Source of the DNA: Haliotis rufescens
Taxonomy: Eukaryota
Reading direction: 5' to 3'
Assembly: GCF_023055435.1 (NCBI RefSeq)
Contig: NW_025963791.1
Location: forward strand, 10,230,001-10,294,000
Length of the DNA stretch: 64,000 nucleotides
Positions 22,901-34,257 of this stretch are shown here, one piece after another; position 1 is the stretch's first letter, and the number at the start of each line of letters is the position of its first letter. A program made the translations under genes and the position numbers. The notes beneath the pieces are model-generated. The model was not told the DNA's origin and did not search any database. It worked only from the letters and a program-made list of their open reading frames with translations.

Positions 22901-25900
22901 TTGAAAAGAAGTGTATGTTTTGATTCAACCAATCAATCCATCAATCATTGACTCGCCATCACTGACAGGCAATAGGCCATAGTCTACAGGCCATTGGTGG
23001 TGGTTCATTTGTTCACCGAGTTAATCACCAACCATCTCGAGGTGTGATGTACGCTGTGCCTATGAACACCGAGCCGTCAGGAGGAGTATTTGACTCACAA
23101 ACAGGGTATATCACACTACATGCCCCGTGGGGTCGGTTGAAAACGAATTCATCTCACAGTCATTCATTCATACAGACCCGGAATATATATCGGAATATAG
23201 TAAAACGCTTTGATTCAGCCATTTTGACAGCTAGCAGACGACGCAAACGAACGAGTTATTTCCCTTTACCCAATGCATTCGTACAAACATCGGTCCATTT
23301 CAGCTCAACGACAGATTACTTTTGAGAGATAAGCAAGTTACCTACGATGTGTTCCGATTGATTTATCAGATTGATTGATTGTTACCGCTAAACAAAGATC
23401 TGAAGAGCTACCGCTAAACAAAGATCTGAAGAGCTACCGCTAAACAAAGATCTGAAGACATCCCATTACGGGTCATGTCAGAGCGATCTTTGTTTATCGG
23501 GAGCTAAGATCTAAGATCTGACTTTAATGAGACTGAGTTGAAATGACCCGATGTTTATTGTAATGCATTGGGTAAAAGGTTCGTTTGCGTCGTCTGCTAC
23601 GAGTTTTGCAAATTCAGTGGAACTGCGGACACATATTTCGGACCTGTAAAAATGAATGTCGGTAAGATAAATTCGTTGTCTACCAATCCCTCGGGGCATA
23701 TGGTGTGATGTACCCTGTGCAGTTTCACACCCAGGGTACATCACACCATGTACATCACATCACACCATGTACCCCGAGGGATCGGTTGACAACTTGTAAT
23801 GTCACCCGAAGGGCAGGTGGACCACGAATCTACCTTACCTAACACCTAATCATATTGAAGGTTTGTCTTATACATTCATGCTTTGGTCCGATCGGTCAGA
23901 ATACCATTTATAGCAGACGACAGAAAATCAAATTAGTTCTTCCACCGAGATCTATTTCATTCGGAAAATATCGTACATATTCGGAGAATGGCGTCTTAAA
24001 GTGTCGTAAATGGGCGAGGCTGGCCGAAAGATTTAATTCGAGACATTCGCGACTACCGTGTGCCATTTCGGGACAAGCCTTCTTGAAGGTAACGGAAAGA
24101 CGCGAGTGGTGACGAATGTAATTCTGGATACAAAATTGCGGTTGGCATGTTGCAAATGTAATCGTCAATTCGAACGGGGAACCTAAAAGGTGTACCTTAG
24201 GAACATTGAAAATAATAGAATGGATCTCAGCCAATCAGAATCAGACATTCATGTGCACGGTAAGATAAGATTATACATAACATGAGTACTAGGAACACTC
24301 TCGATAATGTTCAGAATAGTTTCCGGAACTTTTAGACTAAGCTGAAATGAAATCCACCACAATAACATTAACATAATAATTTTTGTCCCTTATAATTCAC
24401 AGGCCATTTTACCAGAGAATGTCTTTATCGGCATTAATGGCGGCGCTCACGTGCTGCACGTGGGGCCCGGGCCGGGTGTCGTCTGCGAGGCGCTGTTGAC
24501 GTGTGTAGTCGTCCTCACTTACATCCTCGCTGTCATCGACCCCAACACGATGTCGGGAAGGGGGCCTATCGCCATCGGCTTCTCCGTCGTTGTCTGCACC
24601 CTCGCAGGGTGAGTATAGATCAACGAAGAGCGGGGTCGCCAAAATATATCACAGCTCTATGATATGATGTTACATACAGTGGCGGGTGGGTTGTCACTAA
24701 AATATGAATGAGTGATTTTTTAAAACATTATTCTGCTTAGAACTCTGATGTTTCTGGTGACTTTCAATCCGTATCTGTTCATTTGTTGCCCCAAGTGTGT
24801 CACATGTCACATGCGCTCACAACAGCAATAGACCCGTGAAGATCCGGGGTAGAATAGGTCTTCAGCAACCCATGCTTGACGTAAAAGGCGACAATGCTTG
24901 TCGTAAGAGGCGACTAACGGGATCGGGTGGTCAGGCACGCTGACTTGGTTTATACATGTCATCGGGGCGGTCGGGTAGCCTAGTGGTTAAAGCGTTCGCT
25001 CGTCACGCCGAAGGCCCGGGTTCGATTCCCGACATGGGTACAATGTGTGAAGCCCATTTCTGGTGCCCCCCGCAGTGATATTGCTGGAATATTGCTAAAA
25101 GCGGCGTAAAACCACACTCACCCACTCACTAATGCATGTGATCGTATCCCAATTTCGTGGCTCGATGCTCATGATATCAATCACTGGATTGTCGATTATT
25201 TACAGACCGCCGTCAAATAGCTGGAATATTGCTGAGTGCGGTGTAAAACAACAAACAAACAAACACACCAGCAACACATGTCAAAGTTAAAATAAGCGAG
25301 GCGCCGAGTTACACTTTCCTGCATCAACACTAAAGTAGAGTTCACATATATGTGATACCTGCATACATGTACGCAAGCAGAAAAGGTTACATTAGGTAAT
25401 TACGCCGTATTGTTTAGCTATTAGCATAGAAATCAATTTAATGCGTATTTGCACACAAGCAACTTAAACTTAAGTGGGTTATGGTGATTGATCGTGCGTA
25501 TTTATACATTCGGAAAAATAGGTGATCGGGTATACCAAACTGGAACGTAAAAATCACTCAATCATTTAGGATATATATATCTAACCAAATTTACCAAAAC
25601 CCGAATTGCCAAATCATAGAAAGCACCCATCCTTTCTAAAAAACTGTATCCGTGCTTGTGCCGTGATGTGACTGCAATATTGTTCCATCGACATTAAAGC
25701 ACATAGTCAAATCACTCTATGTTCAATGTTTAATGTCTATATTAAAATTTAGTTCCAATACCGTTGATAGTCCTAATAGCATGTATAACAAACAGGATAG
25801 AGTTCCCACTTCCGAACTTTAAAACAACGATGCCATGATTATCACATATACCAAAGCTTTAAAAGTAAATTGAGTATTTGTGACCCCAATCTGCGCCATA

Positions 25901-28845
25901 TTCTTAATAAACTGCTGACGATACCCACGGAGGGTTCATGGCCAATGAAATGCACCGACGACTGAATAACGATATGCCAAAGATTGCTGACCTTCTAAGA
26001 GTGTCCTTGTCATTGTATGACCTTGACCTTGTATGACGTCATTGACCCAGAGCGGCCTTGTCACATATGAAGAGCCCCATTAACGGTAACACAGACGACT
26101 GTAGACTACCTCTGTCCTTAACCTTGTAGACAAAATTAGACGTGTTATTGTCTAACTGCGACTGTTTGTCCGAGTGGTGTTAGATTATAACCACTATCAC
26201 TGACCTGCATTCAGGGTCGCTGCAACAGGTGGGTCTATGAATCCTGCCAGGAGTTTTGGATCAGCTGTCGCTGTTAGTGCCTTCAATGGGGACGTCTGGA
26301 AGTATCACTACATCTATTGGGCTGGACCAGTTTTCGGAGCTGCAATAGCCGTATTTTTTTACAGGTAGGTCTTCAGAACATTTCTCATTTCACAATGATC
26401 TTTTATATGAAATACTCACTTGGAGATTCCTTGTTAGAATTGGCTCACAACAATCTCATTAAAATCAGATCTTAGTTTTCGCTACCGCTAAACAATGATC
26501 TGAGGTCACCCTATAAGGGTCACGTCAGAACGACCTTTCGCAAACTTTGACCGCCCAATGAAATGACTGACAAGAAATTAGCCAATCATAAAGCAGCTTT
26601 CTCGAGTTTAACGACACTAGTTTCAAACTGGCGACCACGCTTCGAAACATATTTTGACGTATTCTCGATTAAATTTTTTAAAATTGATAAAAAGAACATT
26701 CTGAAATGGCTTATAGATGGCCTAGATCGTATTTATTGTATCACTAAAATCAGATGTAAATGCTAGCTCAAGTGTATGAGTGAGTGAGTTTTCAACGAAA
26801 TTATCAGTATTCCAGCAATATCATATTAAGAATAGTCTCCAAATATGTACCCAGAAAGATATTCGAACTCGGGTCAGACCAAGAGGCGAACCCCATGTCC
26901 ACAATTCAGGCCACTGTATACAGTCTAACGCTCTTAATCCGGTGGATAGTGTTCTTAGTGAAATCGTCCGGACAAACACACGAGTCATGTGCACCGTGTA
27001 ATACCCTTATAATTGTGAAGTCCCGTGTGAAGTCCCGTGTGAAGATCCGGATGAGAATTGATCTTCATCAACCCATGCCTGTCGTAAGAAGCGACCAACG
27101 GGTTCGGGTGATCAAGCTCGATGACTTGGATAATGAATGTCATCATATCCGATTGCGTAGATCAATGCTCATGATGTCAATCAATTGGTTCTGGTCCAGA
27201 CTCGATTATTTAAGTCAATCAGCAATATTCCAGCTACGTGACGATGGTCTGTAAATAGACCAGACAGTCCAGTGATTGACATCATGAGCACCGATCTACG
27301 GAATTGGGAAACGAAGACATGCATCAAACCAGTCAGCGAGTCTGACAACCCGATCCCGTTAGTCGCCTCTTACGACAAGCATAGTCACCTCTTACGACAT
27401 GCATAGTCGCCTCTTACGACAAGCATAGTCATTTCTCTACCCAGATCTTCACTGGGAGCTAATATATACTGTATTCGCGAATGTTGGCACCAGTGATAAC
27501 AAGGGTGATACTAAATTCTATCAAGGTAAGGTTATTTCTTTAACATGGTATGCTGACCTGACCAGTCCCCTTTTCATCCCCTTAATACCGAGTATCAGGC
27601 AGGGTAACAGCAAGTACCATCTATTATAACGTCTTTTGGTTTGACGCGGCCGGGGATCGAACCACCGACCTTCCGCTCTCCGGGCAGACGCTCTATCCCC
27701 TATTCTACAGAGGCGAATTACATTTACAGCTATGTTATAGAGAGGAGTTTGGAATACGTGGTCAGTGAGGGATGCTGTTTTCTAGAACATTGACAGAAGT
27801 ACTCTGGAAAGAGAAGATTGCTATTTTTGCAAGGTTCATACAAACTTGAAAAGGCCTTGAATTTTAAGATACCTCTTGAAAAGCCTTTATTTTTAGTGTC
27901 AACCTTGAAAAGTCTTGAAATTCGCCAAAATTTGAACAAAATGGCATACATACACATGTACTTGTTAATAACAGTTTAAATGTGATCTATCACAGTGAAT
28001 GATTTGTGTGCCAAAGACTATGGAGAATTCATGCCAAGACTTAATCTATTTTATTTGTTGGTTGTGAAATTAAAACCTGTAGGAAGATTTCTGATGTTCA
28101 TACTGATTTGGGGTCTTACTTCTAATGTGGAGAATGCTGGATTTAAAGAAAATATTGACAGACTGTGGCTGATCTGACTAAAAAACTTGAAAAGGCCTTG
28201 AATATTATTGTTCCATATCTGTATGAAGCTTGAATTGGAAGTGGGCAGTCACTGGCCATGGGACAGCCGAAAACTCTTCACTGTCCCGACAGTTGTTTAC
28301 TGCTTAGATCAATACTGACACGATCAACCACAACTGTTGTAATATAAATATCTTGGTCGTAAAACCCGATCAACTCACTCACTCGACAACCCGTGAAGAT
28401 CCGGGTTAGAATACTTCTTCAGCAACCCATGCTTTTCCTAAGATGAAACTTACGGGATCCGGTGGTCAGGCTCGATGACCTGGTTGATGCATGTCATCGT
28501 ATCCCAGTTGCGTGGATCGATGCTTATGATGTTAGTTACTGGATTGTCTGGTCCAGACTCGATTGTTAAGAGACCGCCGTCGTATAGCTAGAACAAACAA
28601 AGACTCACTCGACAAGGTGATCATTCAACCCTTTTGTAGTTTCATCTTTTGTGTGATATGCTTCAAGCCATTTTTGTGCATTGAAAAAAAGCTCAGTGTT
28701 CATTTGCTTTCTGTTTTTATTTGACAGGTTTGTGTTTGCAAGCCCGGAGAAACGACTCGTGGTGTGTGGATCCAAGGGCGATCAACGCAAGGCTGCTAAA
28801 CTCTCTCAGATCACGAGTTTCCCTCAATCCGGACACATTAATTAA
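19577..28845 (+). CDS. Aquaporin-8-like paralog B, complete 5-exon gene, 939 nt / 312 aa
   Basis: Exons 19577-19914, 21925-22051, 24403-24608, 26215-26364 and 28728-28845 join in frame with GT-AG introns (phases 2,0,2,2). Motifs [10 protein letters not shown] and [26 protein letters not shown] in helix 2. Confidence 0.93.
19990..21170. repeat. 44-48-bp minisatellite in AQP B intron 1
   Basis: TGTATTTGTGTGAGAGACTGACACAATG.CGGTATAGAGAGT(A/T)A units, decaying toward the right. Confidence 0.92.
21925..22051 (+). CDS. AQP paralog B exon 2 (first NPA)
   Basis: TTCCAG|C GGT GCC CAC CTC AAC CCT GCC ... TGC AGG|GTGAGG; 127 nt. Confidence 0.95.
23383..23458. repeat. 26-bp tandem repeat, 3 units
   Basis: TACCGCTAAACAAAGATCTGAAGAGC. 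Confidence 0.85.
24403..24608 (+). CDS. AQP paralog B exon 3
   Basis: CACAG|AILPENVF...[13 protein letters not shown]...[16 protein letters not shown]|GTGAGT. Confidence 0.93.
24831..25264 (+). mobile_element. Family B, full length, with nested family C SINE (24964-25130)
   Basis: Starts GACCCGTGAAGATCC; the C insert is flanked by CATGT(C/G)ATCG. Confidence 0.9.
26215..26364 (+). CDS. AQP paralog B exon 4 (second NPA)
   Basis: TTCAG|[19 protein letters not shown]...[24 protein letters not shown]|GTAGGT; 150 nt. Confidence 0.95.
27031..27455. mobile_element. Two family B copies tail-to-tail
   Basis: + copy at about 27031-27215 and - copy at about 27218-27455. Confidence 0.8.
27600..27716 (-). 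mobile_element. SINE family D, head fragment
   Basis: Reverse complement of the D head. Confidence 0.65.
27830..28232. mobile_element. hAT-like MITE
   Basis: TIR CAAGGTTCATACA / TGTATGAAGCTTG with subterminal CTTGAAAAG repeats. Confidence 0.6.
28389..28600 (+). mobile_element. Family B
   Basis: TSD ACTCACTCGACAA. Confidence 0.85.
28728..28845 (+). CDS. AQP paralog B exon 5 (C-terminus)
   Basis: Long pyrimidine tract then TTGACAG|[13 protein letters not shown]...GHIN TAA; phase matches exon 4. Confidence 0.85.
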
Positions 28846-28959
28846 TACAATAGTGATGTAGAGTTAAGCTCGAGGCACGAGATGCGTCAACAACATACGT
28901 AACAGCGTTGTCTTCCTGGTTTGGTCAAGAGCTTCTGGGATGATCATGTGCTGGCTGCA

Positions 28960-29120
28960 GGGGCGGAGGGTAGCCTAGTGGTTAAAGCGTTCGCTCGTCA
29001 CGCCGAAGACCCGGGTTCGATTCCCGACATAGGTACAATGTGTGAAACCCATTTCACGTGTCCCCCGCCGTGATATTGCAGGAATAAATCTGAAAGAGGC
29101 CTAAAATCACACTCACTCAC
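28960..29120 (+). mobile_element. SINE family C (3' UTR region of AQP B)
   Basis: GGTAGCCTAGTGGTTAAAGCGTTCGCTCGTCACGCCGAAGACCCGGGTTCGATTCCC. Confidence 0.88.
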
Positions 29121-29866
29121 CGGCCACAATGATCAAGAGGCCTTTCAGTGCGAAACACGCATTAGTTGGAAGCGCTCTTAAAATGTACAACGATGAATAT
29201 GAGGAGACCTGTTGGGAGTGGATTTTAACCAACGGTGACGGTTTCTCGTTGAATGTTTTCCTCACAATAATGTTGTTTCAGCATAGACTATTCTTTCGTG
29301 ACCATTCGTGTTATTCCAGGATAAGCCGAATGGCGGTGCGCCTCAGTTCAAATTCGAATAGCTTCCCACGGCCTTCCGGGCCAGATTGGACGCGCTGGAA
29401 CACACCTAAAACGGTTGGTAAAATATGCACAATGTGCCAGTCATGTGAAATAGGAAACGAACACCGTTCGATAGTCTCTCGATCCTTTGATCGTATTATA
29501 CCTTACTGTTGTTGTGAAACAAATTCGAAACAACCTAAACTATCATGTATAATGGTATACGCGTCAGTACCTTAAGAACAGTATTGCTTGATTATAATGC
29601 TATGCTTCGGGCCTTCCCTAAAAACTTATCGATCCTACGTGAAAACTGTGTCCTATTTGCACGTTTTGTTATATACTGAAGTTAGTGATCATGAATATTG
29701 TTGGGGATATTTTATGACATTGTGTGCTCAGTTTTCTCAACAAAATGTATCCCCCAAAAGATTCATGATCCCTAATTATTTTTCAGTATATATTAAAAAA
29801 TCATATTTAATCCAAATGATAATTGTAAATGAACTTGTACTTCATATGGTGCTGCAGGTGGCCTGA

Positions 29867-30602
29867 GACGCCATCAAAGTGCTGTACTTTCTGACCCGTA
29901 GAAATGTACCCCGGGGACGCCATCAAAGTGCTGTACTTTCTGACCCGTAGAAATGTACCCCGGGGACGCCATCAAAGTGCTGTACTTTCTGACCCGTAGA
30001 ACTGTACCCCGGGGACGCCATCAAAGTGCTGTACTTTCTGACCCGTAGAAATGTACCCCGGGGACGCCATCAAAGTGCTGTACTTTCTGACCCGTAGAAA
30101 TGTACCCCGGGGACGCCATCAAAGTGCTGTACATTCTGACCCGTAGAACTGTACCCCGGGGACGCCATCAAAGTGCTGTACTTTCTGACCCGTAGAAATG
30201 TACCCCGGGGACGCCATCAAAGTGCTGTACTTTCTGACCCGTAGAACTGTACCCCGGGGACGCCATCAAAGTGCTGTACTTTCTGACCCGTAGAACTGTA
30301 CCCCGGGGACGCCATCAAAGTGCTGTACTTTCTGACCCGTAGAAATGTACCCCGGAGACGCCATCAAAGTGCTGTACTTTCTGACCCGTAGAACTGTACC
30401 CCGGGGACGCCATCGAAGTGCTGTACTTTCTGACCCGTAGAAATGTACCCCGGGGACGCCATCAAAGTGCTGTACTTTCTGACCCGTAGAACTGTACCCC
30501 GGGGACGCCATCAAAGTGCTGTACTTTCTGACCCGTAGAAATGTACCCCGGGGACGCCATCAAAGTGCTGTACTTTCTGACCCGTAGAAATGTACCCCGG
30601 GG
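29867..30602. repeat. 49-bp near-perfect minisatellite, about 15 units
   Basis: GACGCCATCAAAGTGCTGTACTTTCTGACCCGTAGAA(A/C)TGTACCCCGGG; period 29867 to 29916. Confidence 0.96.
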
Positions 30603-30795
30603 AAATTTCTGGTTAGAATGGGTCCCCGGCAACCGTTGGATCGGGAGGTGGTTGACGTGTATTATCTTCACTGACGGCGTTAAGATCGTTGCTCATAATA
30701 TCAACCACTGGTTTGTCTGGTCCAGACTCGATCATTTACAGGCTGCCATCATATAGATGGAATGTTGCCGAGTGTGGCTTTAAACAACAAACAAA
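30593..30795 (+). mobile_element. Divergent family B-related element
   Basis: Variant 5' stem GGGGA...TCCCC plus a B-type tail. Confidence 0.7.
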
Positions 30796-31394
30796 GAAGG
30801 CAGCTTCGGTGGAGACGGTAAATATTACAAGTGTATCACGTTCAACGTAACAAATCTCAAAGGTCATTAGGTCATTAAATTGGGTGTGTCTTGGATATGT
30901 ATATTCACAGCTAATAACATTCTAAATGTGTAACATGCCGATATATCAGTGTCGCTATAGCTTTACATACCTTTTCTGACAGTCGATGTTGGATTATAAT
31001 ATTATTAAACATATTAATCATTCTTATGTTATTTCATGTGGATTTCCGACACGCCCTGCGTTCCAGGTTCTACTTCATTATTAAATAATTCATCAATTTA
31101 TATTTACCATACATATAAAATTAATTGTGTATCAGAAAACAGATAATACAAACTCGTGCTGATTTTAGTAATTAAATGGTTTAATTTCAGTAACATACAT
31201 TTGATTAAACGCGTTTTGGAGCGGCAATGTTAATATGGGGAGGTGTAATTGGTGTAGAGTGTATATAAGAATAATTAGCTGTTACAGAACTTAATTATAT
31301 CAGTTCACTCTCCTTTTATAGACTCCCTGGTGGAACTGAATTATCCAGAATTCACTGTAGGATTTGTGTCTTATGAGGCCCTGAAGTCTTTGGT

Positions 31395-31662
31395 TCTGGG
31401 AACGAATCCTGGTTCGGCCCGATTATGTTTCTAGGTTTGTGAGCAACACGTCCATGATCGTGGGTTAAACATCTATAAGCCCTGCATCACGTTGAGCTTT
31501 CCTCCCACATCAAGCTGACATGCCGTGGTATAACTGAACTATTTTAAAAACAGGGCGAACCGGGATTCGAACCCACAATCATAGGTTTCCGGCGTGCCTA
31601 AGGGACGCAAGTCAGCAACGCGAATTGCGGCGCCTTAGACGACTGGGCCACCCGTGCGCCCG
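31395..31662. mobile_element. SINE family A pieces in opposite orientations
   Basis: Body and tail on + (31395-31550) abut a head on - (31553-31662). Confidence 0.7.
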
Positions 31663-32353
31663 AGAAACAAGTATTAAAGTGTATATAACTAGTGCTGTTA
31701 ATCTCTTCGTTGCATTATACAACGCGATCATATTATCAAAAGCAATATAGTGTATATCGAATGATAGCCCCCCCCCCCCCCCCCCTACTCCCGCCTTTTA
31801 CCGGCCATCTGTTGATATTAATATAGCAATTAAAACTGCATGCATGGCAACATATGTATTAAATTATGGTAATTGTAAACAGTAAAGTATTTTTTTCTAG
31901 AGACGGTTTGCTCAGAGCTATAATATATTTACATGTATAATAGGAAGTGTTTTTAAAATGGCATCAATGGTTTCATCTGGCCGTATACAATTGCATATGG
32001 ATGTCTCTCGAGAACAATGTCAGTCAAACAGCATCGATCCTTGCAGTTATTTAATATGCATCATTTAATATATTTAAATTTAACTGTCACCTTTTTGAAC
32101 TTTACTCGGATACAATACCTCTCTCCATGAAGATCTGAGGTCACCTTCAAACAAAGTCCCGTCAGGTGAACCCTGAAATTTCGGATATGTCGATTTTAAC
32201 AATACAAAACCAACACAGGGAACATATTTAAACAATATTTATTTCCAGAAATGGAATCTGATTGGTGAACAGACAAAGACCAACTTGAACACCTCCCTAC
32301 AAGGACATTTAACAGTTAATAAGACTAAATTGTACATTAAATTAGATTACAAG

Positions 32354-32697
32354 ACCGCCTCCGTGGTCTAGTGGTAGAGCGTCCGCCCGGAGAGCGGAAG
32401 CCCGGGGTTCGATCCCCGACCGCGTCATACCAAAAGACGTTAAAAAGAGGTACTTGTTGTTACCCTGTCTGGCGCTCGGCATTAAGGGGTTAAACAAGGA
32501 CCGGTCGGCTCGGAGTCAGTAAACTGTCTGAGTGGGGTATTCATGTTAAACTGCGGCATGTAATCTCAGTGAGCTAGCACTATAAATCGGCATCAGTCCG
32601 GACTAGAACAAGCAGCCACACAAACACACGTGCATGCACGTCGCTATATAAGTGCAATAATCTTTGACGCGACGTTAAACCCCATTTCACCTCACCT
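32354..32697 (+). mobile_element. SINE family D, full length
   Basis: tRNA-like head, GGTACTTGTTGTTACCCTG...GGCATTAAG...GGTCGGCTCGGAGTCAG body, (TCACC)n tail. Confidence 0.88.
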
Positions 32698-32879
32698 ATT
32701 TACATAATACTACCTGCTGTTGCAATACCATGATGCTCAAGTAGGCAATAAACAAGTCACACATAAATTCACACATACAGCACATCACAAAACCGGTTCA
32801 TCAATGCAAATGTATATACGCTTGTCGACCTCTATATACCTCATATGTACCAGCGTACCCAACTCTTAGATTGATGTAG

Positions 32880-33560
32880 TTGTAAAGAAGACAAATAATT
32901 AAAATTTAAATCTTTTGGACTTTACAATAAACAAATGAACAGATTGTATAATAGCAAGGTTAATATCAGTAGAAGTCGCATTTCCATACAATACTGAATC
33001 CAAGTCATATCCTTTCATGCGGTAGTACATATCATTACGAAGACTGCAATAGTTGGGACATGAAAAGTGGTAATGTGAAGGGTCCTCATACTGGTTTCCA
33101 CAAGAGTGAGTGAGTGAGTGAGTATGGTTGTACGCCGCTTTTAGCAATATTCCAGCAATATCACGGCGGGGGACACGTGAAATGGGCTTCACACATTGTA
33201 TCCATGTCGGGAATCGAACCCGGGTCTTCGGCGTGACGAGCGAACGCTTTAACCACTAGGCTACCCTCCGCCCATGTATCCACAAGAGCAGATAGTAGAC
33301 TCATGACCTTGTCTGTGATATTTGTGTGCATTTAAATCACTGCATCTTAACCTGAGGCGGAGTGGGTAATTTGACATATTCGTTCGATGGTACTCCCGTT
33401 TGGGTGTTCATGCCATTGCACCAGACACGGCAGTGTTTACTAACCTTTTATTAGCCGCATTCGGAACTGGCCGATTAAATTCGTTTTAGAGATGCAGAAA
33501 TCATATAATTATACTGGTTTGAAAAACCTCAACCATTCATTTAGAAGCCTCGACATCAAA
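32880..33560 (-). mobile_element. CR1-like LINE 3' remnant with nested tRNA-SINE
   Basis: LRLRCSDLNAH...CSCG / YEDPSHYHFSCPNY...LYGN...FIVKSKRF; SINE flanked by TSD TCCACAAGAG. Confidence 0.7.
33105..33273 (-). mobile_element. SINE family C
   Basis: Full length, inside the CR1-like remnant. Confidence 0.9.
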
Positions 33561-33791
33561 TTGGCTCATTAGAAAGTTCACTTGACATGCATGGTGGTGC
33601 CCACAGATGTTCTCGCTGAACGGTGTCGTATCGGAGATCTGGTTTTTATGATCGTGAGGATCATTCTTGTAAGTTATACACGCAGTTTCCGTCATTTCAA
33701 ACATCTTAATTCCGGAATGTTTAATCGCATCACTTATTTTCGGGTCCATTCTTATCATTTTCACCGCTACTTAGACCTTTACTCCAAATGG

Positions 33792-34034
33792 AGGGGCTAC
33801 GAGTGGTCCAGTCGTCTAAGGCGCCGCGATTCGCTGTGCAGAGTTGCGTCCCTTGGGCAAGCCAGAAACCTATGATTGTGGGTTCGAATCCCGGTTTGCC
33901 CCGATTATGTTTCTAGGTTTGTCAGCACCATACCCGTGCTCGTGGGTTTCACCGAAGTGGTAAACGTCTAAGACCCGCATCTCTTCGGGCTGGGAAAACT
34001 GTTAAAAGCGGCGTTAAACCAAACTCACTCACTC
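33792..34034 (+). mobile_element. SINE family A with internal deletion
   Basis: TSD ACTCCAAATGGA on both sides. Confidence 0.88.
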
Positions 34035-34257
34035 CAAATGGAGATTGGATTGGATAGAAGATTGGATTACATCGCCAAAACGCACCGTTTGGTAATTTAT
34101 TGACATTTAAAAGGGACTTTTCGAAATTGTCACACAAACCTGCATGCACTTTCCACGTGGTTATGGGGGAAATAAGGGATAGGGATGTTAGGTAAAAAAA
34201 GGTTGGAATTCTTTCGGTCAACTGTCTACTGTTGCTTGAACTGTAAGTAATTTTGAC

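Noticed and set aside
24831-24930. Canonical HDV-like, hammerhead or twister ribozyme call for family B
   Set aside because: The required helix order and catalytic core sequences could not be matched by eye; retained only as an unclassified structured-RNA candidate.
24964-25035. tRNA genes (Asp-like head here; other tRNA-like heads at 1, 8499, 32354 and 53753)
   Set aside because: Each continues into a SINE body and tail, several have TSDs, and the cloverleaf stems are not intact; these are SINE heads.
29867-30602. CRISPR-like appearance of this array and the 34-, 83- and 87-bp arrays
   Set aside because: Units are contiguous with no unique spacers, there are no cas genes, and the context is eukaryotic.
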